Shown here: one piece after another, positions 1-13,601 of the stretch | Layout: the number at the start of each line of letters is the position of its first letter | Numbering within the stretch: position 1 is the stretch's first letter | NCBI GenBank assembly: GCA_040954595.2 | Contig: CM082593.2 | Location: 8,158,043 to 8,222,042 of the forward strand | Direction: 5' to 3' | Source of the DNA: Balanoglossus misakiensis | Taxonomy: Eukaryota; Animalia; Hemichordata | Length of the DNA stretch: 64,000 nucleotides | Program-made: the position numbers and the translations under genes | Notes under the pieces: model-generated | Told to the model about the DNA's origin: nothing | Database searches by the model: none | The model's input: only the letters and a program-made list of their open reading frames with translations

Positions 1-22
1 GCTTCAAGACTATGATACTTAC

Positions 23-162
23 CTAACAATGAAATCACACCTAGCCTCTGACATAATTCTTTTTTCCGACATTATATGTTCTTGTTGTCGGGTTTCTACA
101 ATGTGTTTCTTCTTCAGCTGTTTTAGTGCAAATGTCCTCACATTGTCACCACGAATGTTAAC
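23..162 (-). CDS. PRKG1: PKG exon 11 (kinase subdomains II-IV)
   Basis: attcag|[47 protein letters not shown]|gtaagt; 140 nt. Confidence 0.96.
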
Positions 163-236
163 CTGAATCAATTTGACAAGTGTAGAAAATTACTGATCCC
201 TACCCATTTTTTCAATCTCAAAAAATATAGCGTCAT

Positions 237-574
237 TTAAAGGTGGCGATCATCTGTGTGCATGTGCAAAACGAGACTCTGGTTACAAAAATTATATACA
301 GTCAATATGCCATAAGGCAGTGTGCTGTCCTAACAACAGACAAGATGGCGGTGACCATAGTCTGTGTCGGAGATCAGGAGAAACAGCAGATTTGGTGAAA
401 AGAAGGGTCAAAAGTAAAGTCTACTTATACGGTGCGCATGAAATGTGGAAGGAAGTGAATTAAGGCAGTCCACTATTTGAATGCGTCGAACCCAAAACAG
501 AACATTTGGATTGGACGTAATGTTTGTACACATGAAGTTACGCACATGCGCATAAGACAATCGTCGGCCCTTAA
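237..574. mobile_element. TTAA-flanked MITE with degenerate TIRs
   Basis: ttaa-aggtggcgatcatctgtgtgcatgtgc ... gcacatgcgcataagacaatcgtcggccc-ttaa. Confidence 0.6.
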
Positions 575-666
575 ACACTGTTCATTGATATAAATTTATT
601 CATCAGAACGCAGGTCAATTGTCAGTACATGCCAAATTTGAATTCAACAATATCACTTGCACTTAC

Positions 667-754
667 TAATTCTACTCTGCCAAAGCCACCAACTCCTAGT
701 GTTGCAACTATCTTCAAATCAGACACTTTGAGATCAGCAAATTCTGAATCAACA
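667..754 (-). CDS. PRKG1: PKG exon 10 (kinase glycine-rich loop)
   Basis: ttgcag|AVDSEFADLKVSDLKIVATLGVGGFGRVEL|gtaagt; 88 nt. Confidence 0.96.
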
Positions 755-1413
755 CTGCAAAAGAAAACAAAATAGTTAAGGACTCTGTGCTGCCATTTGA
801 TTCAAGTTCATTCAACAGTGCCAAGTACAAGCCATTATTTGCTTATATTTTGATCTCACCCTGATTAACCCTAACGCTACTGGGTGTCATAGCCAGTTAG
901 AGTCTCAAGTCCATTAAAATAAGTATGTGCCATTTTTTTTCTTAAACATACATGTATTTTGACTGTCTTGACATGGCTCTCATACGTACTTAGACACACT
1001 TGGCAGTCTGAGCCCCCTGTAAAATGTACCAAATCACACTGGTTTGCACTGTATTGGTCTGAGGGTCTTGTATAGGCCCTACTGATTAACACACACTTGG
1101 CAGCGTAACAGGCCTGGGTGCCAGCATTCTAGGCACCCTGGAAATCAAACCAGTTTAAACCGACTTGCCAGCGGTAGGGTACATACACACACACACACAC
1201 ACACATACAGACAAAGACATACATGTACACTCTCTCACAGCTCTTCTTGCCATCCATGCAGGCTTATGGTCTGATTGCATGTGTGCCCGGCGAGAGGTTC
1301 GCTACCCAACACCATATGGGGCTTCTCGTTTTCTCAACGGTTGATGGCGTGTCAGTGAAGAGCCTTGTAGTGAACCATGGGCTGTGAGAGAGTCTAACAA
1401 AGACACTACTTAC

Positions 1414-1491
1414 GCATTTCTAACATTGTCTCTATCAGCATCTCCTTTGGCACTGAGGCCATCTACAGTACTGGCAACTTGGAGGAAAGAC
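1414..1491 (-). CDS. PRKG1: PKG exon 9 (CNB-B C-helix/switch)
   Basis: ttacag|ESFLQVASTVDGLSAKGDADRDNVRN|gtaagt; 78 nt, phase 2/2 fits both neighbours; divergent sequence. Confidence 0.88.
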
Positions 1492-1768
1492 CTGTAAAGC
1501 AAGTAAGTATGAACCATGTCAAACTCATGATGCAACTGCTATACAATTCATTGCCACAGACTAGGGACAGCAGTTTTCCGAAAATTACAACTGATATTTT
1601 GCAATTATAGCCTTCACACAATAACACATCAAACTTGTAAACTGAATTCGCTGTTTATGACGTTTCTTTTTCTGTAAAAAAAACCACACACACTGAAACA
1701 AGTGGCCCCTACAGCTCTGTTGTGATACTTTGCATTATAAGCAAAATACTTCAAAATGTACAACTTAC

Positions 1769-1840
1769 TCTCTATCTATGACAAGGCAACTGACTCCTCC
1801 TTTGTCACTGGCTATGACACTGGCATTGCGGACATCTTCA
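1769..1840 (-). CDS. PRKG1: PKG exon 8 (end of CNB-B phosphate-binding cassette)
   Basis: tcacag|EDVRNASVIASDKGGVSCLVIDR|gtaagt; 72 nt. Confidence 0.95.
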
Positions 1841-2962
1841 CTGTGAAGACAAACAAATACGGAAAATAATTAATGATCAGTTGCAGTGTCCAGTGGTTCT
1901 CTTGGCAACAGTGGGTACAGTTTGATTTAATCATCCATCCTTCCATCCCTCCATCCAAACGCTCACTCACTCGCCCATCCATCCACCAACCCCACTAAAC
2001 CAACCTGATCGCTCACTCATTCACCACAACCTCAGCAATCAGATTCTCAAGACATCTGTTTGCAAAGCAATCAGTAGATTAGTATTAAAATCTGCTGAAT
2101 GAAGTGTACAAAACAGAAAATTATAGTATACATGCACTACTCCAACAGTGTGAGTTGAAGACATCCAATTATGGACTCCTGTTTGTGTTTACAAAGCCAG
2201 TATCTTTACAACATATTTTCTACCTCCATACAGGGAGTGACTGAGTTAAGCAATAACCCCCACATACAAGATTTGGGTACAATTCGAGACATAGCACGAG
2301 CTATTAGGCGAGTGCTTTATGGAGCGTATTGCATGATATAATATAAAGGTAGAATGATATAATATACAAAATATACAATGTAAACGGTATACACTTTTTC
2401 CAATATGACTGAAAAAGTACTGAATAGAGATTTAAGAATATTTTAAAATCACTTTAAGTTTAAGTATGCAGGAAAAGTATGTGCAACTCATAGAGTTGAT
2501 GATGATGTGAGTAGAATTCTAACAACAATTTGGACTGACTCAAACGTATGCTAATTTATTCTCAGGATGTTTCAGCTGAAATTGGGTCTCGACATCCACC
2601 TAATGATTTCTATTGTCAGGTAAGAAACTGTCTGTATCCGTCTGTGCTAAAATATTCAAAAGTGGAAATCTTATAAATATTTCATCTACTAGCTCTATCA
2701 TGTTACAGTTGAAGATAATTCAGTTGCTTTATTATTCATTTGCATGTCTCAACTGACCCACCTGCCAAACTGATTGTATTATACAATCTTAAAATAGCAG
2801 AGATTTTCCCAATGAAGTGGCAATGAAGTCAATGAAATTCTTGGTGATTCCAACATTTCATGTCAGATTTTCTCTGCCAATCTTTCCTTCAACACATATT
2901 TTGTTTCTTCTTACATAAGTACATGTATTTCAGTAAGACACATTTGTTATAGACATGTGGTC

Positions 2963-3313
2963 TTAAACGGACAAAGTCTCTCTCTCGCTGCCCTTCCATT
3001 AAATATGTTCGATACAAGACACCGTTTATGTTAATGTGCATGTGGATATGTAGTGAATCAACGTTCGACCACACAAAACTTCCATCCCACTTGTAGACAC
3101 GAGAGTAAAAAAAAACTTGCCAAAATGAATAATCGGTCTCTACCATTTATTCATTTTGTGCGAGTTTTTACTCTCATATCTTGCAAACGGGAAGGAAGTT
3201 GTGTGGTCGAACATTGATTCACTATATATCCACATGTAGAATAACATAAACAATGTCTTGTATCAAACATCATTAATGGAAGGGCAGCGAGAGAGAGACT
3301 TTGTCCCCTTTAA
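2963..3313. mobile_element. Family A palindromic TTAA MITE (Kolobok/piggyBac-type TSD), copy 1
   Basis: ggacaaagtctctctctcgctgccc ... gggcagcgagagagagactttgtcc with TTAA on both sides; multi-copy. Confidence 0.9.
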
Positions 3314-3705
3314 GCAATATTATAGACTGCTGTTGGAATATTTATGTCTATTCAACTAAACAACTTTTGGTTGTTTTAGTTGTAACTTTTGTCTTAATTT
3401 TCAGTAATTTTGTTCTATGTGCCAAATGCAATGTCTTGCTCTACTCTAAACTGCATGCTAATATACCCTGTACTCAGCTTGTCAACACTTGTGTCATGGC
3501 CATTGCCATTGATGACAAATGTATTCTAGTACAGCTTTGAATTCAAATTTTGCACAATAACAATGCTGACTAGACACATATGGGTTGTGTTAATCAGCTG
3601 GATCCTGGGCATTTCATTTTGCTTTATGGATTTGAAAGAGAAACTGAAGTATATACATGTACAGAAAACAAAACACTGAAAACATAGCAAAAAGTTACAA
3701 CATTT
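3310..3705 (+). mobile_element. Family C TTAA MITE, diverged copy sharing a TTAA with family A copy 1
   Basis: Internal similarity to 17821-18174 (tgccaaatgca..ctactc..tttgcacaataacaatgctgac..ctgaaaacatag); right end degraded. Confidence 0.7.
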
Positions 3706-4886
3706 AGAAGTGGTCAACTCAACATTAACACCAAGCATTCCTGGTTTGTTTTCCAGACCAGATTTTTTGCACAAGAAAGACACGATAAAGTGAGTGAGCG
3801 AGAGAGGGAGAATACAAAAAGTGTACCTTTTAAGTAAACCTTGTTAGAATTTGGAAGTGAATTGGACAGTGTTGTGAGAGAAAGTCTATGTTACAAGTAA
3901 TGACTGGAGTACTCTAAACCTTTAGTAATGAAGACCTATGTCCAATAAGTATACTACATTGTACTTCAAAGAGAAATACAACTATGATTGTTACTGTCAG
4001 TGGGTAATCAAAACTAAATACTAACAAATCATACTTCATGTGATAATTAGTATGTTGGTGCTAGCCCAGTAACTTCCCGAATCAATTTACCAAACTGTTG
4101 CTGTCGTCCCGATAGTTTTCATAACTTTGTGTCTTGACACATAATGTACAGTGGCCTCACAGATAACAGATCCATCATTACAGAAATGTATTTTTCCTCA
4201 GACATTTTGGTAAGTGCTGTTTATATATAATTTTAAACCTGAAAATTATTCATGAATAAAAGCAATTGTGAGTTATATTCATCAGAATATGACAGAACAG
4301 TCTGGTAGTTTTCTTAGTACAAGTTTTGTGCAATAACTATACCTATCATAATATAGTTTTGTAGTCTTTCAGTTGATTTTTTTTCTCAAGTTAATTAACT
4401 TTTATCACTAGTCATAGTTTAGGATATAAACAGTGTATAACAGAAAAACTAAAAGCATGTTTAAAAATCTATTTTGTATTCGCATCTTTAAATGCCAAGA
4501 TGTTTACTATGAACTGGATGGTGAAGAAGTCCCATATTTGGTTTGTTTCATAAATGTTATATACAAAATTCTTTCAGACAGAAATGGTCAAATTTGACGT
4601 AGTTCATTCAATATTATTAAAATTTGAAACTTTTGACATCAAACTACAAAACTTTACCATTCTACATCACCTTTATAAGTACTGCAAAAGTTGGGGTTGT
4701 GAGGATTAATTCCTTGAACGGTTGCTATGCAGACAACAAAATATTTATACTACCCTCAGGCTATTTACCTTTTCAACACCTCAATATGGTCTTCCCTGCT
4801 TGTTAAAAATAATTGCAATAATTAATTTTAAAGATTCAAAAAAAAGCAATGCGGATTGAAACTATTTTTGTATGGTGAAACATGCA

Positions 4887-5212
4887 TTAGGCCAAAAAAA
4901 TAATATGTGCTGTTCCGATTACATGGTTTTCAAAAATAGGGAAGGTAGGGAAGTTTTTTTTATTTTGTGATTTTTTTTTTTTTATTTCACTGGCCGCCAT
5001 AGCGTAGAATAATGACATCATAGTTCTTGCTGATGCACGCGATTTCGTCATAGTTCTCGCGTGATTGGCGCAATTTTCATAAATTTTGTATATTTGACAT
5101 CGTTATTTTTTCTTCCAGGTTTTAATACGAAGCTCTAAAAAGTTTAGGGTCGGCGGGTTAAAATTAGGGTAGGTCGGGTAATTGGAACAGCACATATTTT
5201 ATTTTGGCCTTA
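4887..5212. mobile_element. PIF/Harbinger-type MITE
   Basis: TTA TSD; TIRs ggccaaaaaaataatatgtgctgttcc / ggaacagcacatattttattttggcc. Confidence 0.8.
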
Positions 5213-5345
5213 TATGCAATAACTAAGGCATTTTCAGTACACTTAGTTGCAGTGTACCGGTACAAACATAGAAAACTAACAAGTAATTTGTGGAAGCATT
5301 TCTCAACTGAATTGCGGTACTTCCAGGTGCGTGAGTTGTACTTAC

Positions 5346-5440
5346 CCATGAAGAGCTTTCTCACCAAAGTAGTCCCCACGGTTTAACGTTTTGATCAGCT
5401 TGGAATCACCGTGGGCTGTACTTCGTTGGGTTACGTTACA
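5346..5440 (-). CDS. PRKG1: PKG exon 7 (CNB-B)
   Basis: ttacag|CNVTQRSTAHGDSKLIKTLNRGDYFGEKALHG|gtaagt; 95 nt. Confidence 0.96.
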
Positions 5441-6060
5441 CTGTAAACACAAGAAAAATTGACCAAATGTCTTGTGAATAAACAAATAAATAAACAAACA
5501 AACAAACAAGAAATGAATGCTGCACTGTAAGTACAAAAGATATATGTAAACTGTAATCAAAACCTACTAATATGCTTTCCATTGCACATTCTTTTACTTT
5601 CTCAGATCATGACCTACACTTTTTAATGCCCATGAGCACTTTGCAGAGAATTTAATACAAAAACTCAATTACTGTAGGATCCCTTATCAATAATACCATA
5701 CAACATCCTATATCTGGGCTTTAAAAATTATACAAAAGAAAATATAAACTTTAGTTCGTTTTATAGGACTTTGATAATTGATGTCTGATCCACTACTGCA
5801 TTTCCGTAGCAACATACTAATTAGTTCTGACTCAACAGTCAGTACAGTTTCAAATGAACACAAAACCATACATGAGTCTAGGTGTTCAGTATAGACAGGT
5901 TTCCAGATTAGACAGGGTTCGGTTTAGACAGTTTTTACTGTCATAAAAAATGGACACTGTGTGTAAGACCCTTTAAAACACTCTCAAAATTGACTTCTGC
6001 AACGTCAGAAAGAAGTACATGTAGGTGCAAAGAGACCAAGAATTTTCAAGAGCAACTTAC

Positions 6061-6138
6061 CTTTCCTTTGTTAATGATAAAGAATGTATCTCCACGGGCA
6101 CCCTGGCTAATAATGCACTCGCCTTCGTCGTAGTATGT
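6061..6138 (-). CDS. PRKG1: PKG exon 6 (CNB-B)
   Basis: tgacag|[26 protein letters not shown]|gtaagt; 78 nt. Confidence 0.96.
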
Positions 6139-6583
6139 CTGTCAAACAATATGAGAAAAAAAAGTCAAAAATAGGACGAACATCATGATCTGATTCTTTC
6201 TCAGAATAAATCAAAATGGATTCTGACAGGTTTAGATTAGTATCTTATCAGAGATGGTTCTAAATATATCAAAATCTCACAGCAAGCAGGAGAGTCTACA
6301 TGTAGTACCTATAACATTGGATGATTTTTTTTCAGCATTTTTGTTGTGTTTAAATATGGCGTACAGTTTAACTCCCAATTGAAAATTGAAACACTGTGGT
6401 TTGACAGCAGTTTGTGTTTACATGAATTGCTTAGTTAACAACTGAATTTATAGCCAGACTTAAATTTGTTTGTAGATAAAATCAAAATGTACACCTAATA
6501 TATGTCCCTCTATAACATACAAGTACATTGTCAAGAAGCACATGATAAAGTAAAAATAAATTAGACTTAGGGAAAAAACTGAC

Positions 6584-6647
6584 CTCTTCTAAAATGTCCG
6601 CTATTTTATTGAGAGCTTCTTCTGGAAGATCCTTGAATGTGGGAACG
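6584..6647 (-). CDS. PRKG1: PKG exon 5
   Basis: ttacag|NVPTFKDLPEEALNKIADILEE|gtcagt; 64 nt. Confidence 0.95.
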
Positions 6648-8559
6648 CTGTAATCATAAGAAAAGACGAGTGAAAAATGAATTTCACTGATTGAAAAAAA
6701 AATCCAGCGTTAAAAATAAAGATCCGTGAAGTCATTGCTACTCTGTGAAAATGCACATGACATTTAACCATGCACGTGTCAAACTTTACAAAAGGACCAG
6801 TGGTTCCCATGGCAATGAACGAAAAAACCACTTTCATCAAGAGTTCAACCATAACAAGAAGGCTATACATTCACTAAGAACTGATAACAGCGAAAATTAA
6901 AATTACTCCGATTAAATGCCATCTCCATTTTTTACATAATCGACTGAAGGGTGATTTTTAAATAATTAATATCACATTCTCACAATAGAACTTAATTTCT
7001 TAAAACTGAATTAGAAATCTGCTCTCATGTAATATACATGTAATTCTTGGATTGGTAAACATATCCACAGATGCATATGTACATGAATATTTTTACATGA
7101 TTTAATATTTGAATATTTGAGATTTACATATATTAACACTGAAATTATTATCACAGCTAATAAACGTCTTTCAAGAGACCTTACTTATACTATTTTTGAA
7201 AAGGGACATTTACAATGTCATTTACTTTGACCCAAATTACATTATGAGATTGAAATGGGATTTGCTACACACATATTAAATTAAATGTCAAACTTGTGAC
7301 AAATAAATTACCTAAATGTTATTTACAATGCAAATATGAAATTGAAGCGGTTATGTAAATTTAATTATTACCAATACTGCAGTATTATTATTGTGTTATT
7401 GAGGAAAGACAACGGAAATTATCAAGACCCTTCCATATTTGCTTATTGACATGATTATACATGACATGAAAATTTATTTTGACCACTGTTTGAATTTTTT
7501 GAACTTATTTGTTTTTAACTGAATCTTTTTAAAATCTATACTCAAAATAAAAATCGATTTTTGTTTAACTTTTAGTGTGATGGGTTTTAAAATTCACTGC
7601 TAAACTTTTTATTTCTTGAATTGGCTGCCTGTCTCTATAAAAAAAATCATCAAATATTTCATTTATAAAGTATTTACTGTCATATTTTTAATTTGAATCT
7701 ATTAAAAGTAAAAAAATAATCTAGAAATAGGAATGATATAACTTTATAAATGATAAACCTTGGGTATTTTTTATTCAAATTAGTGCTGACAACTTAGAAT
7801 CTAGTATTGGCATTATATCATGAAAATTGCATTACAACATTCTCAAGAATAAACCTATCAAGTTAATTCCTAAAAATTACAACTTTGCATTTGATTCCAG
7901 CTTAAAAACCCACACAAATGGTCGAACACAATAACAACCTGGCCAGAACCGCCCACTACGTTGTACAGTTTACTGCTGTTATATTGACTGTAGTCATGTG
8001 ATCATAGAAACACCTGAAATATTGACATCAATTTATATGACATTTTATTATGGTCTGTTTTACTGATAGAACTACAAAACTACCTAGTAGATATGATTTA
8101 TCTTAAAAGATCACCCCATATTGCATTTTGGATAGTTAACCATCCACTTGTATTGTAGAAAATATTGACAATGAGTTAATACTAAAAGAAACTCTTATTT
8201 TAAAAGCCTGTCAGGAGTTTCACTGGAAAGAACTTCTCGTCAGCAGTCGTAAGAATCTGATGCCAAATTCCACCCGAAAAAAAGTCATTTGCGCAATACA
8301 TACTTTTTAATTGGAAGCTGGCAAAGAAGATAGGAGTCCTCCTTACAGTTATCGTTATCATCGATTTTCCGGAAACAGCAAAAAACACGTAAGCAGGCAG
8401 AGAGACAGCATTGCATGACATGCACGTCACCATTCCGATGAAGGTGCCCCAACACTGAATCAAAACTGTCGAACACTGACGGCAGTCAAAATGGGACGGG
8501 AATTTTTTAACTAACCTAAGTGGTATTTTTGGCAACTCCTCAGCACATGTCAATCTTCT

Positions 8560-8915
8560 TTAAAGCCTCTAGAGCTGCCACTTTTTGCATTATTTTCATG
8601 ATTTTATTTTCCAACTTAAATTGGTCCATCTAAATAAGCTTACTGATAGGTATACATGAACACCTTATCGATGCCCGATTGTGACTGCATGTTGTAATTT
8701 GAACATGCTATGTATTAAAACGGTGCCACATCGATTTAATCAGCCTCCATACAAACAGTACACAGCTATCGTGGTATGCATCGCCAAGAGATGACAAACT
8801 GATGCAAATGCAAGCAATATGGCTTAATGGTGAGGATTTTAGAGGATAGGAAATATATTTTAAGTATTTTATTGTTGAAAAAATATTTGAAATTTGGTAG
8901 CTATAGGGGCTTTAA
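8560..8915 (+). mobile_element. Family B TTAA MITE
   Basis: ttaa-agcctctagagctgcca ... tggtagctataggggct-ttaa; inverted copy at 20281-20637. Confidence 0.9.
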
Positions 8916-10403
8916 GATAATTCTAAGGAAATGATTTATCACCACTTCAACGAGAAGGAATTTTCTGTAGAATTTTATGAATGTCACATGAAAATAATAT
9001 TAACTATGACAACAAACTTAAAATATGTGGTACCACTTTGATAAACGCTTAATTTGAAATTAAATTTTTTCTTGAAAAAATAAGGTTCACAGAAACCCTA
9101 AAGTGTCAAATTGTCAAATATTATTAATTTAATACTACAGTAGTTTATTTTCCAAATAGTGCCATAAATCATACACATACACTGTTTGGCAGCTGTTCTG
9201 ACCTTATTCAATACCAGATGTTACAAATAATCTATTGATACCATTTGCTGCACCGACTGTCATAATACCATACTGATAGTCTTACTTCACTATACCATGC
9301 ATGCTGGACGTGGCACAAGTCAAAATTGTGATAATTTTGAATGTGTCCTCTCCAAACCCAAGTTTTCTGGTATTCCTTCTTTTTTTTCAGGATTTCAAAC
9401 AAACATATGCAAATCAAGTTTTCTTCAGAACATCAGTTGGGAGAATTGTGTTTCTCTCACACACAGAGATGTCTACATGTAAAGTGCATGTACTGTGCAG
9501 GCATGCACCATATGTATATGAAACCTCACTTTCTCTTTTCAACTGATACAAAGATCAAAATGACCTTTTATGACACTCATTTTACCAATAGTTAGTGAGT
9601 CAGCACTGGTATGTAATTATATTATCATCTGCTTGACTGTTATATTTCCTACGCATTTTATGGATATTGATATGTGGATTTGGAAATTATTTGTTTGCTT
9701 TGAAATCTATAAAAATTGATTGGAGAGTAGAGTCTCTCAATAAATTGCTTTGATGAAATAACGCAACATTATTTTAATCATTTTGAAGCTGAGTAATTTG
9801 CATGTATTTCAATAATATGTAACTCAATGTCAAATCATTATGCCAACATACAGATCTACAAAATTAGAACAAGTCAATTCATGTGTAAAAAAAAGGGAAC
9901 ATTTCATATTTCAGAAATTTCCATTTGCTAATCAGTGCACGGATTTCTTGAAAAGCTGCATTTAAAGAATTATTAATACTTGACTGATCTTATGCTTTTC
10001 ATATTTTTAGACGTGGAGGTTGGCACACTGAAAATTGCTCATTTTAGTGTATGGCAAAGTGACTTGTAGAAAGATGTAATGGTTATTATTTTGACATTAC
10101 ATTAGTTTTCCTGACAACATGAAGATGTCAGTCTCCATTGTATATTACAAACTCTGATATTAAAACTATAGTGAGGAATATAGGATAGGTAACATTCAGA
10201 AATGTGCAGAATGTGAATTTAATTATATTACATTCAACTACTAATCTATATTATCTTTTCACATTATCATTTCTGTATTAGGCATCAAAACATCTGAATA
10301 AATATTTTCTGTAAAAAAATATATATACAAAATATGAAATATGCAAAAAGTCACACCACAGATTTATTTGTCGTTTCCATGGTGATTGCTACAACAGACT
10401 TAC

Positions 10404-10509
10404 TTCTTGAGAAGATCAACATATTCTGCCTGTCGTATCAGCCCTGTTTTCATCATAATGGCCTGGAAGCACGGTCGATCGATGGCCCATAATTTTGTGT
10501 GTGTGATAG
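10404..10509 (-). CDS. PRKG1: PKG exon 4
   Basis: ctacag|[35 protein letters not shown]|gtaagt; 106 nt. Confidence 0.96.
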
Positions 10510-11017
10510 CTGTAGAAATAAATTGACATTTACCAGTTACAAAGAATTTGATAACACAGTTTGACTTCACTCTATTTTGTGGCATTTGCTGAAGAAGAAA
10601 TTCAGAGTTAAATTTGATGAAAATACTTAACAACACCATGATTTCCAAAGAAAATCATGACCGACTAAGAGGAAAGGTTCTATTTCTAACAAGTTTGTGC
10701 CTTGTTTAATGTCATCCAATTGGAATAAACATCTGGTGGTTAATTTTATTATCATGAAATAAAGCAGATTTCTGTATCTGTATAGTAAAATATTGAATGA
10801 CCAATTTGCTACAGGTTGGAAACATTTCATATTTCAAAATTGACATGCACAGGCGATAATTCTCGGTATTCATGGACAAGCAGCTATATTATCATTATGC
10901 ATAGCGCCCTCTACAAAATTCTGTGACAATTCTTTCTTCTTTTATGGCCATAAGTGTGGCCATCAGTCTTTGGCAGATATTCACTCATGTTCTGAAAATA
11001 AAAAAAAAAACACTTAC

Positions 11018-11131
11018 CTTTAACAGTTGCTGTTCTTGTACAGTTATAGAGTATGGCAAGTTCCCCAAATACTTTGGATCTTCCCATTGTACACAAGAAT
11101 TTCCCTTCTTTCGTAACTTCCACTTTGCCCT
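11018..11131 (-). CDS. PRKG1: PKG exon 3 (CNB-A phosphate-binding cassette)
   Basis: ttgcag|[38 protein letters not shown]|gtaagt; 114 nt. Confidence 0.97.
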
Positions 11132-11450
11132 CTGCAAGACACAGAAATCAATACATGATCAATTTTCTCATCTGCCCCACTCTAGATATCATTGATCGGA
11201 AGGGTCACCCATATGCCATATTACAAGTTATTCCCATCTTTTCATGGATTAACCAGATTTCCTCTTGTCATAAATAACACTGAGGTCACACAAGTTCATT
11301 TCTCGCTGACTGGTATCTATGCATAAATGAGATTTACAAATTGTAAAGGAAGTCCCAATGCATTGTCTGTACTGCAATATACATGCAGCTAATGTTTTCC
11401 ACCCATGAACCGTGCAGGAAATAAAAAAGTTCTGCGAGCTACTAACAATG

Positions 11451-11554
11451 CAATCTGATTAAAATCAGATGTAGGGAATGGCGACGTGGTTTTTTTTAGG
11501 CGACAGCATAAAAAACCACGTCGCCGTTCCCTACATCTGATTTTAATCAGATTG
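11451..11554. mobile_element. Hairpin MITE with 9-bp TSD (Mutator-like)
   Basis: About 45-bp TIR caatctgattaaaatcagatgtagggaatggcgacg; TSD ctaacaatg on both sides. Confidence 0.85.
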
Positions 11555-13601
11555 CTAACAATGGTACTCCACTGAATGACAAAGGCAGTTTTAGTGTGAA
11601 ACGTTCAACACCTGTATTCTAAATCACAGTTCAGAAAGTTTGTGTACATGTAGTTGATAAATTAATCTAATACATGTATCATCTTGTTTGTACTGAAATA
11701 ATGTGGCTTGATATTTCTACACTCTTCAAATCGGTTTTGAACACAACCGCTTTTTCATTACGTATTCAATATCATTTCCATTTTTATTTGAAATTAATTG
11801 CTCATTTATATGCAAAATCAAACAGAACACAAACTTTCATTTTCAAACTATTCCCAAGAGACTACACGTATTGAAACTGAGCAGGGTCAAAATATATCAA
11901 TCAATAAAGTTAAATTGGTTATAAATATTGAAAAAGAGTTGGTTGTGTACTCTAAAACACAGACACAGCTAGGCTGAAAATTTTAATGCATTATGCATCT
12001 TGAAAATAATTACTTACATTTTGTACCCCAACCTAATAAAATTACAGTTAAAAATAATTACTGAGTTTTGTAAAGGGACCACAATCAATCGTATTTAACA
12101 AAATATTAATTACAAAATTTAGCTGCAAAGTAATCAATTTGCTTTTTAGCGAGATGGTGATGATCCAAATATCAACAACATATTCACGCCAAGTAAATGC
12201 ATACATGTTTTGTATGATTGTGTCTATGCCTTGTTTCTAACGTGGATATCACCATAATGAACAACTGGAGTTTGGTTCAGTCAGTCAGGTTTACAAGTTA
12301 CACCCTTAGATGTACATGTACAGCAGCTTGAATTGAATGGAGCGACACAAACTGATACACCTGAATTATACATTGGTAATAAGTCTTGGGTGAGATTTTC
12401 ATCTTTAATAGTCAGCTCTATATCACATTCTGCTTGTACCCATGGAAGGTAGAGTTTCTTAATTCTGATACAATTGTCTCTTAGATTACCCCCTCTAGTA
12501 AAGCAATTTACTAGAACTCACTCTGAATTCACTGACCAAATTGCCTCTGTTGCCATTTTCATTGCTTAATAATGAGAAAGTAAAAGCCAGATAAAATGAT
12601 AGGCTGACTCGCTGAAAAAAACACAGATTGGAAAATGTCCCACCGATAGAAATTGTCTTCTTTCATGGAATTTGCCAGGAAATTGAGGCTGTAATATTTT
12701 CGCGATGATCAGTTTTGGAAGGAATTATCATTAACTGTCAAAGGTGACTGGCAAATTCTATTATCATTCTCGCCAAAGTGAAATCAAATTTGGTCATGAA
12801 AGGGGAAATGCAATTTCCTGTGAAAATGAGGTGAATACAAAAAAACGAGACAGATAATTGTCGGATCTTCTGCTCCGAATAATTACAGCAATTCTGTTTT
12901 TCCTACTTGTGTTATCGAAACTTATTGAGGACACACAAATAGCGAAGATTTCCAATTTTCTTATTCTAGCTGCAAAGAGATATATTTATATTGTGTGATG
13001 TTATAAAACGGAGATTAACTTTGCTAACTTTATGAACTATGTTCAGCAGATACAGAAGACAGAATTTTTTTATTCCAAATAGAAAAACAGACTAGATAAC
13101 CACATAAAGAAATGGGGGAAATATCTGAAACTAACTGGTCCACAAGTTACAACCATGATTTGTAACTTACACTGACGCATCGATCATGTTGTCATTTTTC
13201 TTTTTAACACTTCTGACAGTGATGAGATACTTTTAATACAATAGTATAAAATATTTCCCTATAAAACAGGAGAGTAAATTTTCACAACAGGAAATTACAA
13301 GTATTATCTCATTGAAATTTACATGTTTAGGATAAAACAAAAATTTCAGAAGACAAGTTATGGATGTACAAATGTTCAAGTTAATGTGGCTAAAATCCTG
13401 TCAATCACAGTGCATTTCTAACCCCACATTCACAGTGCTTTTATACTTTTCCGATATTTATAGTAATATGTTTAAAATCAAGGGAAAGGGTAGTCTGAAA
13501 TAACGACTGGCGCAGGTTCGGTTTGCTGGGCTTACACACAGTGAAAAAATACACCCCAGTTAGGATTCCAGACTAGGGAAAAGGTTATGGAAAGTAAGAG
13601 G

